This document shows positions 38,626-48,269 of a DNA stretch of 64,000 nt, one piece after another; the first letter of the stretch is position 1, and the number at the start of each line of letters is the position of its first letter. The notes beneath the pieces were generated by a model that saw only the letters and a program-made list of their open reading frames with translations, ran no database searches and was not told the DNA's origin. A program made the position numbers and the translations under genes. This DNA comes from an uncultured Pelagibacteraceae bacterium (lineage in GTDB: Bacteria; Pseudomonadota; Alphaproteobacteria; Pelagibacterales; Pelagibacteraceae): assembly GCA_902574215.1 (NCBI GenBank), contig CACGMR010000002.1, forward strand, positions 16,693-80,692. Direction: 5' to 3'.

Positions 38626-41621
38626 TGACCCAAGCTTTTAGAATTGAAAATGGGGGATTAATAAATAGAGATAAAAAATTATCCTTTAAATTTAATGGTA
38701 AAACTTACTTAGGTTATGAGGGTGACACATTAGCCTCAGCTTTATTGGCAAATGGAGTTCATTTAGTAGGAAGAAGTTTTAAATATCACAGACCTAGAGG
38801 TTTCTTTGGAGCAGGTGTAGATGAACCTTATGCAGTTGTTCAACTTTTTAGAAATGGTGAAACAGAACCTAATATTAAAGCAACAGAGCAGGAACTATTT
38901 GAAGGTTTAGAAGCAAAAAGTGTTAATTGTTGGCCAAGTGTTAATTTTGACATAGGTGCAATCAATAATTTTTTGAAAATTTTTTTACCGGCAGGTTTTT
39001 ATTACAAAACTTTTATGTGGCCAAAAAGTTTTTGGTATCGAATCTATGAGCCTTTCATAAGAAAAGCAGCTGGTTTAGGTGTAGCTTCAACTAAACATGA
39101 TAAAGAAAGGTATGAACATAAATACGAATATTGTGATTTATTAATTGCAGGCTCAGGACCTTCGGGATTAGCTGGTGCATATGCAGCAGCAAAAAATGGA
39201 GCTAAAGTAATTTTAGCTGAAGATAAACCAAGATTTGGTGGATCTTTATTAACTAGTGATGTCAATATTGGCAATCAATCAGGAAAAGATTGGGCTGAGG
39301 GGATAATTGCAGAACTCAAAACTATGCCAAATGTTGTTGTAAAAAATAGATCTCAAATTTTTGGATACTATGATCACAACATGCTTGTGATGTCAGAAAA
39401 AGTTAGTGATCATTTACCATCAACTAAAAAATATCACCCTAACAAAAGGTTATGGTACATTCGAGCAAAAGAAGTTTTGATTTCCTCAGGATCAATTGAA
39501 AGACCAATAGTTTTTGGAAATAATGATACACCAGGGGTAATGCTTTCTTCAGCTGCTAAAGAATATTTAAAAGTATATGGTGTTTTAGTTGGAAGAAAAC
39601 CATTGGTATTTACAAATAACGATAGTGGATACGAAACAGCAATTGAATTTAAAAAACATGGAGTAGATCCAGTTGTTTTAGACTCAAGAAAAAATCCTGA
39701 GTCAGAAATAATTGATGAGGCAAAAAATTTAGGAATTAACATTAAAAATTCACATGTTGTGGTTGCAGCACAAGGATACAAAAAAGTAAAATCTGCAGAT
39801 ATTGCAAGTATTTCTGAAGATAAAAAACAACTTGGTAAAATAGAAAATATACAATGTGATAGTATTTGCGTTTCAGGTTTTTGGACACCAACCATTCATT
39901 TAGCTTCACAATCAGGAAATAAAACAAAGTTTAAAGAAGAAATAGATGCATTTGTTCCAGGGCAATCAAAACAAAATGAAATCACTTTAGGTGCAGCTAA
40001 TGGAATATTTTCACTTGATGAAACTCTAAAAACTTCATTTAAAGCAGGAAGTGAATTATCAAAAAAAATTACTGAAAAAGATAATGAAATTTCTATTCCA
40101 AATGTTGTTGAAAAGAAATCTTCTCAACATGATAAGTTTTGGTGTGTTCCATTACCAGAAGGTAAAAATTATAAAAGATTTTTAGATTTTCAAAATGATG
40201 TGGCGGTATCTGATGTAGAGATAGCTTTAAGAGAAGGATATCGATCAATTGAACACGTTAAAAGATATACCACTCTAGGAATGGCTACAGACCAAGGAAA
40301 AACAAGTAATTTAAATGGATTGCAATTAGTATCCGAAATAGAAAATAAAGTTGTTCCTGCAGTAGGTCATACAACTTTCAGACCCCCATACACCCCAGTT
40401 TCTATTGGAGCAATTGTCGGAAGGGAAGTTGGAAAACATTCAAAACCAACAAGAAAATCTCCAATGCATTCATGGCATGAAAAAAATAATGCAGTCTTTG
40501 TTGATGCAGGTGTTTGGTTAAGACCTAGATATTATCAAAGAGGAAATGAAAATTTATTTGAAGGATCAAAAAGAGAAGCAAAAAATGTAAGAACAAATGT
40601 AGGTGTATGCGATGTAACAACATTGGGTAAAATAGATATTAAAGGGCCAGATGCAGCAGAGTTATTAAATAGGGTTTATACGAATGCTTGGTTGAAGCTA
40701 CCAGTTGGTAAAGCTAGATATGGCGTAATGTTAAGAGAAGATGGAATTGTAATGGATGACGGAACAACCACGAGAATTTCTGAAAATCATTATCATATGA
40801 CCACAACTACAGCCCAAGCGGCAAATGTTCTTTCGCATTTAGAATATTATTTGCAACTTGTTTGGCCTGAATTAAATGTGAATGTAGTTTCAACGACAGA
40901 ACAGTGGGCTGGGGCAGCTATCGCGGGACCAAAATCTAGATATTTACTACAAAAATTGTTTCCAAATTCTGATGTATCAAATGAAGGTTTGCCTTTCATG
41001 GGTTATATGGAAGGAGATTTATTTGGGGTTAAAGCAAGAATATTTAGAATTTCATTTTCAGGAGAACTTGCTTATGAAGTAAATGTTGAATCTGATTATG
41101 GAAACTTTATGTGGCAAAAAATTATGGAAGTTGGGGAGGAATTTAATATTCAACCGTATGGAACTGAAGCATTATCAACTCTTCGAATTGAAATGGGACA
41201 TGTTGCTGGATCAGAACTTGATGGTAGAACAATTCCATTCGACAACGCATTAGAAGGTCTTGTTAGTAAAAAGAAAGATTTTATTGGAAAAAGATCATTA
41301 CAACGATCTGCATTTACATCTGAAGATAGACAGAGAATAGTGGGGGTAGTTCCATTAGATAAACAAACAAGTATTCCAGAAGGATCTCACTTAGTTAAAG
41401 ATGATAAAGCACCATTACCAAATCCAAAGTTAGGTCATATCTCTGCATCATGCTGGAGTGTTGAATATGATAATCCTTTTTCTTTGGCAATTTTGAAAGA
41501 TGGAAAAAACATGATTGGTCAAAAGCTTTTTGCGATGTCGCCACTTAAAAATAAAGTAATACCAGTTGAGATAGTTTCATCACATTACGTAGACCCAAAA
41601 GGTGAAAGAGTTAGATCATGA
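38625..41621 (+). CDS. soxA: Sarcosine oxidase alpha-type subunit (MgdC-like)
   Basis: [42 protein letters not shown] and a C-terminal GcvT domain. Confidence 0.93.
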   Translation: MTQAFRIENGGLINRDKKLSFKFNGKTYLGYEGDTLASALLANGVHLVGRSFKYHRPRGFFGAGVDEPYAVVQLFRNGETEPNIKATEQELFEGLEAKSVNCWPSVNFDIGAINNFLKIFLPAGFYYKTFMWPKSFWYRIYEPFIRKAAGLGVASTKHDKERYEHKYEYCDLLIAGSGPSGLAGAYAAAKNGAKVILAEDKPRFGGSLLTSDVNIGNQSGKDWAEGIIAELKTMPNVVVKNRSQIFGYYDHNMLVMSEKVSDHLPSTKKYHPNKRLWYIRAKEVLISSGSIERPIVFGNNDTPGVMLSSAAKEYLKVYGVLVGRKPLVFTNNDSGYETAIEFKKHGVDPVVLDSRKNPESEIIDEAKNLGINIKNSHVVVAAQGYKKVKSADIASISEDKKQLGKIENIQCDSICVSGFWTPTIHLASQSGNKTKFKEEIDAFVPGQSKQNEITLGAANGIFSLDETLKTSFKAGSELSKKITEKDNEISIPNVVEKKSSQHDKFWCVPLPEGKNYKRFLDFQNDVAVSDVEIALREGYRSIEHVKRYTTLGMATDQGKTSNLNGLQLVSEIENKVVPAVGHTTFRPPYTPVSIGAIVGREVGKHSKPTRKSPMHSWHEKNNAVFVDAGVWLRPRYYQRGNENLFEGSKREAKNVRTNVGVCDVTTLGKIDIKGPDAAELLNRVYTNAWLKLPVGKARYGVMLREDGIVMDDGTTTRISENHYHMTTTTAQAANVLSHLEYYLQLVWPELNVNVVSTTEQWAGAAIAGPKSRYLLQKLFPNSDVSNEGLPFMGYMEGDLFGVKARIFRISFSGELAYEVNVESDYGNFMWQKIMEVGEEFNIQPYGTEALSTLRIEMGHVAGSELDGRTIPFDNALEGLVSKKKDFIGKRSLQRSAFTSEDRQRIVGVVPLDKQTSIPEGSHLVKDDKAPLPNPKLGHISASCWSVEYDNPFSLAILKDGKNMIGQKLFAMSPLKNKVIPVEIVSSHYVDPKGERVRS

Positions 41622-42205
41622 CATTAATTTCAGCTTTATCAAATGTTCATGCAAAAGGTCAATTTGGAGACTATGAAGGTAAAAATAAAAAAGATTTACT
41701 TAAAATATCTGAAATCAAAAATTTATTAATTGTTCAAATAGTTCAGTACAAAAATTCTTCAGTTTCTTTTGAGGGCATTGATATTGATGGTTTAAAATTA
41801 AAAAATGAACCTTTAACCGTAGTATTTAATGAAACTACAAGGATTATGTGGAATGGACCAAAAAATTGGCTTTTAGTTTCAACAAAAAAAGATTTAATTA
41901 AAAATGTATCAGATAATTTTAAAGATATAGATTTTGCGGTAACAGATTTATCTCATTCTAGAGCAATTATTGAAATCGAAGGAAATGATACGATAGAAGT
42001 TTTGAAAAAAGGATGTCCATTTAATTTTGATACATTGGATAAAAATAATTCAATTAACTCAACTTATAATGGAATAGCTTTCACTGTAGATAGGTTGGGT
42101 GAAAATCCTAATAGAGTAAGGTTATTTGCTTTAAGAAGCTTTGGAGAATCTCTACATCATTCTATCACAGATGCATCTCTAGAGTTTGGCTTTGAATCTT
42201 TATAA
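41618..42205 (+). CDS. soxG: Sarcosine oxidase gamma-type subunit (MgdD-like)
   Basis: [20 protein letters not shown] and RSFGE; ATGA overlap with soxA. Confidence 0.88.
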   Translation: MTLISALSNVHAKGQFGDYEGKNKKDLLKISEIKNLLIVQIVQYKNSSVSFEGIDIDGLKLKNEPLTVVFNETTRIMWNGPKNWLLVSTKKDLIKNVSDNFKDIDFAVTDLSHSRAIIEIEGNDTIEVLKKGCPFNFDTLDKNNSINSTYNGIAFTVDRLGENPNRVRLFALRSFGESLHHSITDASLEFGFESL

Positions 42206-42215
42206 ACTTAAAATT

Positions 42216-43073
42216 TCAATCTCTTGTTGCAATATAAACACCTATAGAAGTAATTAGAAATCCAATTAAATCTAAGCTAGTTAAACTTTCATTTAAGAAA
42301 AGCCATGCCATAAAAGCAGACGTTGCTGGAATTAAAAAAAAAATAGAAACAGTTTTGCTTGCTGAATTATTTTTAATTAAAAACATTAATATTGTAAATG
42401 CTCCAAATGATACCAAAAATATTTGATGGCTCATTGCAATAATAAATGTTTGTGAGAAATCAATATATGGATCAACAAACAAAATAATGATTAATAAATG
42501 AAACAAACACCCACCAAGAGCTTGATTCATATTGCTTACAGATAAAGGTAAGTTGTTGCTTAATTTTTTTTGCCATAAAGTTGAAAATGTAATTGCTAAT
42601 AAAGCTATTATTGTTGCGATTAATCCTGTTGCTGGTATTTTAGATCCAACATCAAAACCCAATACAAGTCCTGCACCAGTAAATCCTAATAAAACACCTA
42701 TCCATTGTTTTGTAGATACTTTTTCATTTAAGACGGGACCACTTAATGCATTTGTGAGAACTGGTTGAAGAGTGACAATTAAAGCTGCAATTGCTGTAGG
42801 CATGCCTATTGAAATTGAGTAAAAGACACCACCAAGATAAAAACCATGAAATAATACCCCACTAAAAAAAGATTCAAAAAAGTTTCTTTTACTAACTAAA
42901 ATTTTTTGTTTTGAATAAATAGAAAATAAAAAAAAACCGAAAGCAACTAAAGAAAATCTAAAAGCTAATGCAGTAAATGGATCGCTGTTATCGATAATGG
43001 GTTTGGTAGTTATGAATGCGGAAGACCATAGAATTATAAATATAAAAGGAAAAATTTTGATCATTATATTCAA
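42216..43073 (-). CDS. DMT/EamA family transporter
   Basis: ILWSSAF, AALIVTLQP and FLNE; about 10 TM helices. ATG may be at 43064. Confidence 0.88.
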   Translation of the reverse strand: MNIMIKIFPFIFIILWSSAFITTKPIIDNSDPFTALAFRFSLVAFGFFLFSIYSKQKILVSKRNFFESFFSGVLFHGFYLGGVFYSISIGMPTAIAALIVTLQPVLTNALSGPVLNEKVSTKQWIGVLLGFTGAGLVLGFDVGSKIPATGLIATIIALLAITFSTLWQKKLSNNLPLSVSNMNQALGGCLFHLLIIILFVDPYIDFSQTFIIAMSHQIFLVSFGAFTILMFLIKNNSASKTVSIFFLIPATSAFMAWLFLNESLTSLDLIGFLITSIGVYIATRD

Positions 43074-43163
43074 TAAACAAATAAATGAACCAAAATCAAA
43101 TAAATACCTATAATGAACAAATTAGACGTAGCAATAAAACAATAAATCACTTAAGTTTTAAAT

Positions 43164-43556
43164 ATGATCTCAAAATTCTTAAGAATTTTTACAATTATTT
43201 TATCATTTTTCTTTTTTACAGGTTTTGTTTCTGTTTTTTCATTTCTCGGTCCTGGTATAACAGTTATTACTTCAGGCAACTTATATAAAGCAGGAGCACA
43301 ATTTATAATTAATCAAACTATAGAAAAAGAAACTGGAAAAAATTCTCTAACTTTAATTAAAGAAGAAATTAATAAAAATTTAATTAAAGAAGAAATAACA
43401 AAAAATAATTCATTAAATGAAGATTTGAGACAATTAGTTGAAAAAAGAATAAAAATTACTAGACAAAAATTAGAAAATCAAAATTTACAAAAATTAGTTA
43501 AAAAAAGAATAATAATAACTAGATCAAAACTTAATTTAAATAATATTACTCAATAA
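43164..43556 (+). CDS. Hypothetical protein with N-terminal hydrophobic segment and internal tandem duplications
   Basis: LIKEEINKN/LIKEEITKN and LRQLVEKRIKITRQKL/LQKLVKKRIIITRSKL repeats. Confidence 0.65.
   Translation: MISKFLRIFTIILSFFFFTGFVSVFSFLGPGITVITSGNLYKAGAQFIINQTIEKETGKNSLTLIKEEINKNLIKEEITKNNSLNEDLRQLVEKRIKITRQKLENQNLQKLVKKRIIITRSKLNLNNITQ
43352..43544 (+). repeat. Two in-frame tandem duplications (27 bp x2 and about 60 bp x2)
   Basis: TTTAATTAAAGAAGAAAT.. at 43352 and 43379; degenerate 60-bp units at about 43425 and 43485. Confidence 0.7.
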
Positions 43557-43986
43557 TATTTAGATATATCAGGTTTTCTTGTTTAGTTTCTTTGCACCAC
43601 ATTTCATAGCTTTCACAAACTCTCCACAAATGATCAAAAGCTCGCTGTGAAATTTCTAGTGGAAAATGACTCTTTGTATAATAAAGCTTTGGTATTTTCA
43701 TTAAAAATTTTATCATAGAATCTTTTTGAAGCTCTAAAAGTCTTAAAGTTTCTTCATTAATTTTTTTTTTAGTTATTTTGTCAACAAATTTATTATTTTT
43801 AAGCTCTAAAAACCATTTATCATGAAATTCTCCAGAACTTAAAATTTCATATTCCTTAGTAGTAATAAAAATTTCAAATGCTTGTATGTTATTGGCTTCA
43901 GGATTTTGTTTTTTAATTTCTATTATATTTGAATAAACAAATTCAGCGGCTCTCAACACATAAGGCTTTTCAGTCTTGTTAGACAT
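43546..43986 (-). CDS. Hypothetical protein
   Basis: 146-aa ORF 3 bp downstream of the racemase; no motif recognised. Confidence 0.7.
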   Translation of the reverse strand: MSNKTEKPYVLRAAEFVYSNIIEIKKQNPEANNIQAFEIFITTKEYEILSSGEFHDKWFLELKNNKFVDKITKKKINEETLRLLELQKDSMIKFLMKIPKLYYTKSHFPLEISQRAFDHLWRVCESYEMWCKETKQENLIYLNIIE

Positions 43987-43989
43987 AAA

Positions 43990-44736
43990 CTAATTTTTAT
44001 GCTTAACCATAGCTGAATGAGCCAAAATTAAGTTAGGATCTAAGAAAACTTTTGATGATTTAACATTTTTAAATGATTTAAATGCAAAAATTGCAATAGG
44101 GAGCTCTGTACAACCTAAAATGATTTTTTTACACTTCATTTTAACTAAGGAATCTATTGCAGGTTTAATTGCTTTTGCTGCAGCCTTTACATTACCCATT
44201 TTAACTAATTTAATTGCTTTATTAACTGACAGTTTTTGTATTTTTTGAGATGGCTCAATTAATTGATAATCTTTTTCAAAAAATTTTTTATAAACTCCAG
44301 TTTTAAGAGTACCCTCAGTTGCTAAGAGACCAACTTTTGAGTTTTTCTTACATTTTTTTTTTGTAAATTTAAAAACTTCTTTTGGCATATTGATAATCGG
44401 AATATTGATTTTATTTTTTAAATCATCGAACCAATAATGGGCTGTATTACAAGGTATAACTATAAATTTACATTTGTTTTTTTCCAGAAGCTTACAACCT
44501 TTGAGCAAACTATTTAAAACTTTTTTATATTTTACTCTACTTTTTTTATTTGTAGATTTATTTGTAAGATTTTTAGTTTGAGAGCCTATAGATTCAGGTC
44601 TGCCAGGAATATTTGATTTATTATAAAGTAAAAATAATGGATACTCTTGATCAATTTTTCCTCTATTCAGAACAGCAAGCTTGTTACAAAAATCAAGACC
44701 AGCTTGAGTTCCCATTCCACCTAAAATTCCAATCAT
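43990..44736 (-). CDS. Aspartate/glutamate racemase family protein
   Basis: IGILGGMG, PCNTAH, LLATEGT and LGCTELP (both catalytic Cys). Confidence 0.9.
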   Translation of the reverse strand: MIGILGGMGTQAGLDFCNKLAVLNRGKIDQEYPLFLLYNKSNIPGRPESIGSQTKNLTNKSTNKKSRVKYKKVLNSLLKGCKLLEKNKCKFIVIPCNTAHYWFDDLKNKINIPIINMPKEVFKFTKKKCKKNSKVGLLATEGTLKTGVYKKFFEKDYQLIEPSQKIQKLSVNKAIKLVKMGNVKAAAKAIKPAIDSLVKMKCKKIILGCTELPIAIFAFKSFKNVKSSKVFLDPNLILAHSAMVKHKN

Positions 44737-44813
44737 AATTTTGATTAATTTATTAATTTTATATTTTAAATCTATAATTAATAATTGTGTTTAAAGATTG
44801 TTATTAAATAAAG

Positions 44814-44863
44814 TATTGGCTGAATAATAAATTTTTAAAGTTAAATAAATTTTTCAGCCAATA
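44814..44863 (-). terminator. Long-loop inverted repeat downstream of the cold-shock gene
   Basis: TATTGGCTGAA (44814-44824) and TTCAGCCAATA (44853-44863). Confidence 0.6.
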
Positions 44864-44875
44864 GGAAGTGTGAAA

Positions 44876-45082
44876 TTATGCAGTTTTTAAGTTAACTGCT
44901 GAAGGACCTTTAGGACCATCTTCAACATCGAAAGTCAAAGCTTGACCCTCATCTAAACCGTTCATACCAGCATCTCTTACTGCTGAAACATGTACAAACA
45001 CATCTTTTTCTTTATCTTCTCTTTCAATAAAACCAAAACCTTTGGTTGGATTGAACCACTTTACTTTACCTTGTAGACTCAT
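44876..45082 (-). CDS. cspA: Cold-shock domain protein
   Basis: GKVKWFN..KGFGFI and DVFVH RNP motifs; 68 aa. Confidence 0.95.
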   Translation of the reverse strand: MSLQGKVKWFNPTKGFGFIEREDKEKDVFVHVSAVRDAGMNGLDEGQALTFDVEDGPKGPSAVNLKTA

Positions 45083-45139
45083 ATTTATCTTCTTACTTTT
45101 TGTTATGTTTAATTATTACTTATAATTAAGTAATATTGG

Positions 45140-45169
45140 CTTTCTTTAGATTTTATTGGGTTTTGTCAA
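45140..45169 (-). promoter_or_regulatory. Putative sigma70 promoter of the csp gene
   Basis: Consensus TTGACA on the minus strand at 45164-45169; -10 element ambiguous. Confidence 0.45.
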
Positions 45170-45199
45170 CAAAATACAACAACAATTAAAAATAATTTT

Positions 45200-45667
45200 T
45201 CAATTATCGTTAATAAGCATAGTTAAATAAACAGAATTGATGTCTTTTTTATAGTGTGCAAAAGGTTCGCATTCTGTGAAACCAGTTTTTTTAAAAAGTT
45301 TTCTTGCTGGTATAAAAAAATCACCTGCTCCTGTTTCAATACTTAATCTTTTTATTTTAAGCTTTTTAGCTTCATTAATTAAATGATTAATTACATTAAT
45401 CCCTTGCCCTTGCTTTCTAAAATTGTCATGAATTCTTATCGACTTAAATTCCCCATGTTCTTTATCTAAAAATTTTAAAGCACCACAACCGATTAATTTT
45501 TCATCTTTCCATAAACTCCAAAATTTAATTGATGGTACTTTTAAACCAGTAATATCTAATACATGAGCACTTCCCTCAGGAGAGGCAGCTCTAAGCTCAA
45601 CAAAATGCTTGGTTAGAAGATCATTAACTTCTGAATTATCAAAATTTCCTTCTATTGATTTTAACAT
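45200..45667 (-). CDS. GNAT family N-acetyltransferase
   Basis: GCGALK..HGEFKS, RKQGQG, LSIETG and GFTECEPFAHY. Confidence 0.88.
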   Translation of the reverse strand: MLKSIEGNFDNSEVNDLLTKHFVELRAASPEGSAHVLDITGLKVPSIKFWSLWKDEKLIGCGALKFLDKEHGEFKSIRIHDNFRKQGQGINVINHLINEAKKLKIKRLSIETGAGDFFIPARKLFKKTGFTECEPFAHYKKDINSVYLTMLINDN

Positions 45668-46714
45668 TTATACTAAAGTTGTGATATGACCCATTTTTCT
45701 TTTTTCTTTTATATCTTTTTTTAAATAATCAAAGAAAAATTCGTTATCATTAAACTTTTGTACGTTTCTATAATGAGTAATTTGATCACCAAGTAAATTC
45801 ATCATTTTAGCATTCGATATTTTTTTTAAAGGAATTTTTTCTAAACCACACACAGCTCTTACATGATTTTCAAATTGACTCACATTAAAAGCATTTATTG
45901 TTAGATGTCCTGAATTATGCACTCTTGGTGCAATCTCATTAACATAAAGATTGTCATTTCTATCAATAAAAAATTCTACACACATAGTTCCAACATATTT
46001 TAGTTCCTCAGCTATAAGCATAGCCCAATCCTTAGATTGGTTAAAAATTTTTTCATTTATTTCCGCAGGAATTTTTGAATATTTTAAAATTTGATCTTCG
46101 TGAGTGTTTTCAATTGGTTCATATATCTCGTATTTATTATTACTGAATCTTGTAATTATAATTGAAATTTCTTTTTTTAATTTAACAAGTTTTTCAAGAA
46201 TGTATCCTTTTGAAAAATCAATATTCAAAGAATTAAGTTCATTGCTTGAATTAATTGGATATTGACCTTTGCCATCATAACCAAGTGTGGTTGTTTTTAA
46301 TATTCCTGGTAAAAAATCTTCCAAAGCATCTATGTCAGATTTTTTTTCAATCGAAACATATCTGGTTGTTCTAATATTTAATTTATTAACAAAATCTTTT
46401 TCAGCCAATCGATGTTGAATTAATCTATTAACAGAAGGCTTTGGTAAAACAGGTTTAAATTTATTAATTTCATTTAATGTTTCATATGGAATATTTTCAA
46501 ATTCATAAGTGACCAAATCAACCTGATTTATAAATTCTGATATCTTTTCTTTATTATCATAACTTCCAGGTACAAATTGATTGCAAAAATTTTGTGCTGG
46601 TGCATTTATATCATCACAAAAAATAACTGTTTTAACATTTAATTTTTTAGCTGCTATTGCAAGCATACTTCCAAGTTGACCACCCCCAATGATACCAAGA
46701 GTAATTTCTGACAT
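45668..46714 (-). CDS. purK: N5-carboxyaminoimidazole ribonucleotide synthase
   Basis: GGGQLGSM, TYEFEN, GYDGKGQ, NEIAPRVHNSGH and RKMGH. Confidence 0.95.
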   Translation of the reverse strand: MSEITLGIIGGGQLGSMLAIAAKKLNVKTVIFCDDINAPAQNFCNQFVPGSYDNKEKISEFINQVDLVTYEFENIPYETLNEINKFKPVLPKPSVNRLIQHRLAEKDFVNKLNIRTTRYVSIEKKSDIDALEDFLPGILKTTTLGYDGKGQYPINSSNELNSLNIDFSKGYILEKLVKLKKEISIIITRFSNNKYEIYEPIENTHEDQILKYSKIPAEINEKIFNQSKDWAMLIAEELKYVGTMCVEFFIDRNDNLYVNEIAPRVHNSGHLTINAFNVSQFENHVRAVCGLEKIPLKKISNAKMMNLLGDQITHYRNVQKFNDNEFFFDYLKKDIKEKRKMGHITTLV

Positions 46715-46715
46715 T

Positions 46716-47207
46716 TTATTTTGGAGATTTCTTTACTGATTTAGTTTGTGAAGTTCTAAAAATTTTAAGTTTTTTTCGAACATTTGGATTGTTATTAGCA
46801 ATTATTGCTGCAGCTAATAAAGCAGCATTAATAGCGCCATCCTCTCCTATAGCAAGCGTTCCTACAGGTATTCCTTTAGGCATTTGCGCAATTGATAATA
46901 AACTATCCAAACCTTTAAGTTTTTTACTTTCAACAGGAACACCAAGTACTGGCACATGTGTAAGTGCTGATATCATACCTGGAAGATGAGCAGATCCCCC
47001 AGCACCTGCAATTATTACTCCTATATTATTTTGCTCAACTTTTGCAGCATATTCATACATTCTTTGTGGTGTTCTGTGAGCAGATATAATTTTTGTTTCC
47101 AATGAAACTCCAATTTTTTTTAGGGTTTTTTCAGCCAGTTTCATTACTTTATAGTCAGATTGACTTCCCATTATGATAGAAACTTTTAATTTATTATTTT
47201 TTTTCAT
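46716..47207 (-). CDS. purE: N5-CAIR mutase
   Basis: MGSQSD, SAHRTP, AGAGGSAHLPGM and QMPKGIPVGT. Confidence 0.96.
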   Translation of the reverse strand: MKKNNKLKVSIIMGSQSDYKVMKLAEKTLKKIGVSLETKIISAHRTPQRMYEYAAKVEQNNIGVIIAGAGGSAHLPGMISALTHVPVLGVPVESKKLKGLDSLLSIAQMPKGIPVGTLAIGEDGAINAALLAAAIIANNNPNVRKKLKIFRTSQTKSVKKSPK

Positions 47208-47301
47208 GAAAATTGATCAATCTGTTTATTTCAAAATTAACTTAAAATTTCAATAAAATTAATAGTATTTAAAATACATATTGATTAGAGTTAAACATAC
47301 T

Positions 47302-48267
47302 ATGAATTATAAAATCGATAATCTTCAATATTGTAATTGGTCTAGGAAAATCTTTGAGATTAACAGATCTGCTGGATTAGATGCTGTCCATGTTACTATT
47401 GTTTACCATGAAGATTTTGATGAATTACAACTTGAAATAAAAAAATGGGAAAAATTATTTCATGAAAATTCTGATTTAATTTTTCCTGGTAAGAATTTTC
47501 AAGATATTGATAAAGCTAATAAAGAAAACAAAACTGCTATATTTTTTGGTTTTCAAAATTGTTCACCAATCGAAGATGATATAAATTTAGTTGAAAAGGT
47601 TCATGAATTAGGATGTAGATTTATGCAACTTACTTATAACAACCAATCTTTGCTAGCAACAGGTTGTTATGAAAAAGTAGATAGTGGAGTTACAAATTTT
47701 GGACGTGAGGTTATAAGAGAAATGAATAGAGTCGGTCTGGTGGTTGACATGTCACATTCTGCAGAAAAAAGCACTCTAGATGCAATTGAGTTTAGTGAAA
47801 AACCAATAGCAATTACTCATGCAAATCCATCTTTTTGGCATCCAGCGAAAAGGAACAAATCCTCAGATTTATTAAAAATTTTGAGTGATAGTGGCGGTAT
47901 GTTGGGTTTATCATTATACCCTCATCATTTAAAAGAAAATACAAATTGTACTCTTAATAGTTTTTGTGAAATGGTAGCAAAAACAGCTGAAATAATGGAT
48001 GTAAAAAAAATAGGGATAGGATCAGATCTTTGTTTAGATCATCCAGATACTGTTGTTGAATGGATGAGAAATGGTTCTTGGTCTAAAAGTAAAAATTATG
48101 GTGAGGGTTCTAAAAATAAACCAGGTTTTCCGAAACAACCTGATTGGTTTCTTGATGCCAGAGGGTTTTCAAATATTGAAGAGGGTCTTAAAAAAATAGG
48201 TTTTTCAGATACCGAGACATATGGAATACTTGGAAATAACTGGTACAATTTTTATAAATCAATTTAA
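47302..48267 (+). CDS. Membrane dipeptidase (peptidase M19) family amidohydrolase
   Basis: QLTYNNQ, EMNRVGLVVDMSHS, ITHAN, GIGSD and LGNNW. ATG at 47302 (ORF track starts at TTG 47281). Confidence 0.88.
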   Translation: MNYKIDNLQYCNWSRKIFEINRSAGLDAVHVTIVYHEDFDELQLEIKKWEKLFHENSDLIFPGKNFQDIDKANKENKTAIFFGFQNCSPIEDDINLVEKVHELGCRFMQLTYNNQSLLATGCYEKVDSGVTNFGREVIREMNRVGLVVDMSHSAEKSTLDAIEFSEKPIAITHANPSFWHPAKRNKSSDLLKILSDSGGMLGLSLYPHHLKENTNCTLNSFCEMVAKTAEIMDVKKIGIGSDLCLDHPDTVVEWMRNGSWSKSKNYGEGSKNKPGFPKQPDWFLDARGFSNIEEGLKKIGFSDTETYGILGNNWYNFYKSI

Positions 48268-48269
48268 TT

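Noticed and set aside
43085-43288. 67-aa plus-strand ORF
   Set aside because: Overlaps the better 43164-43556 ORF in another frame and has low-complexity composition.
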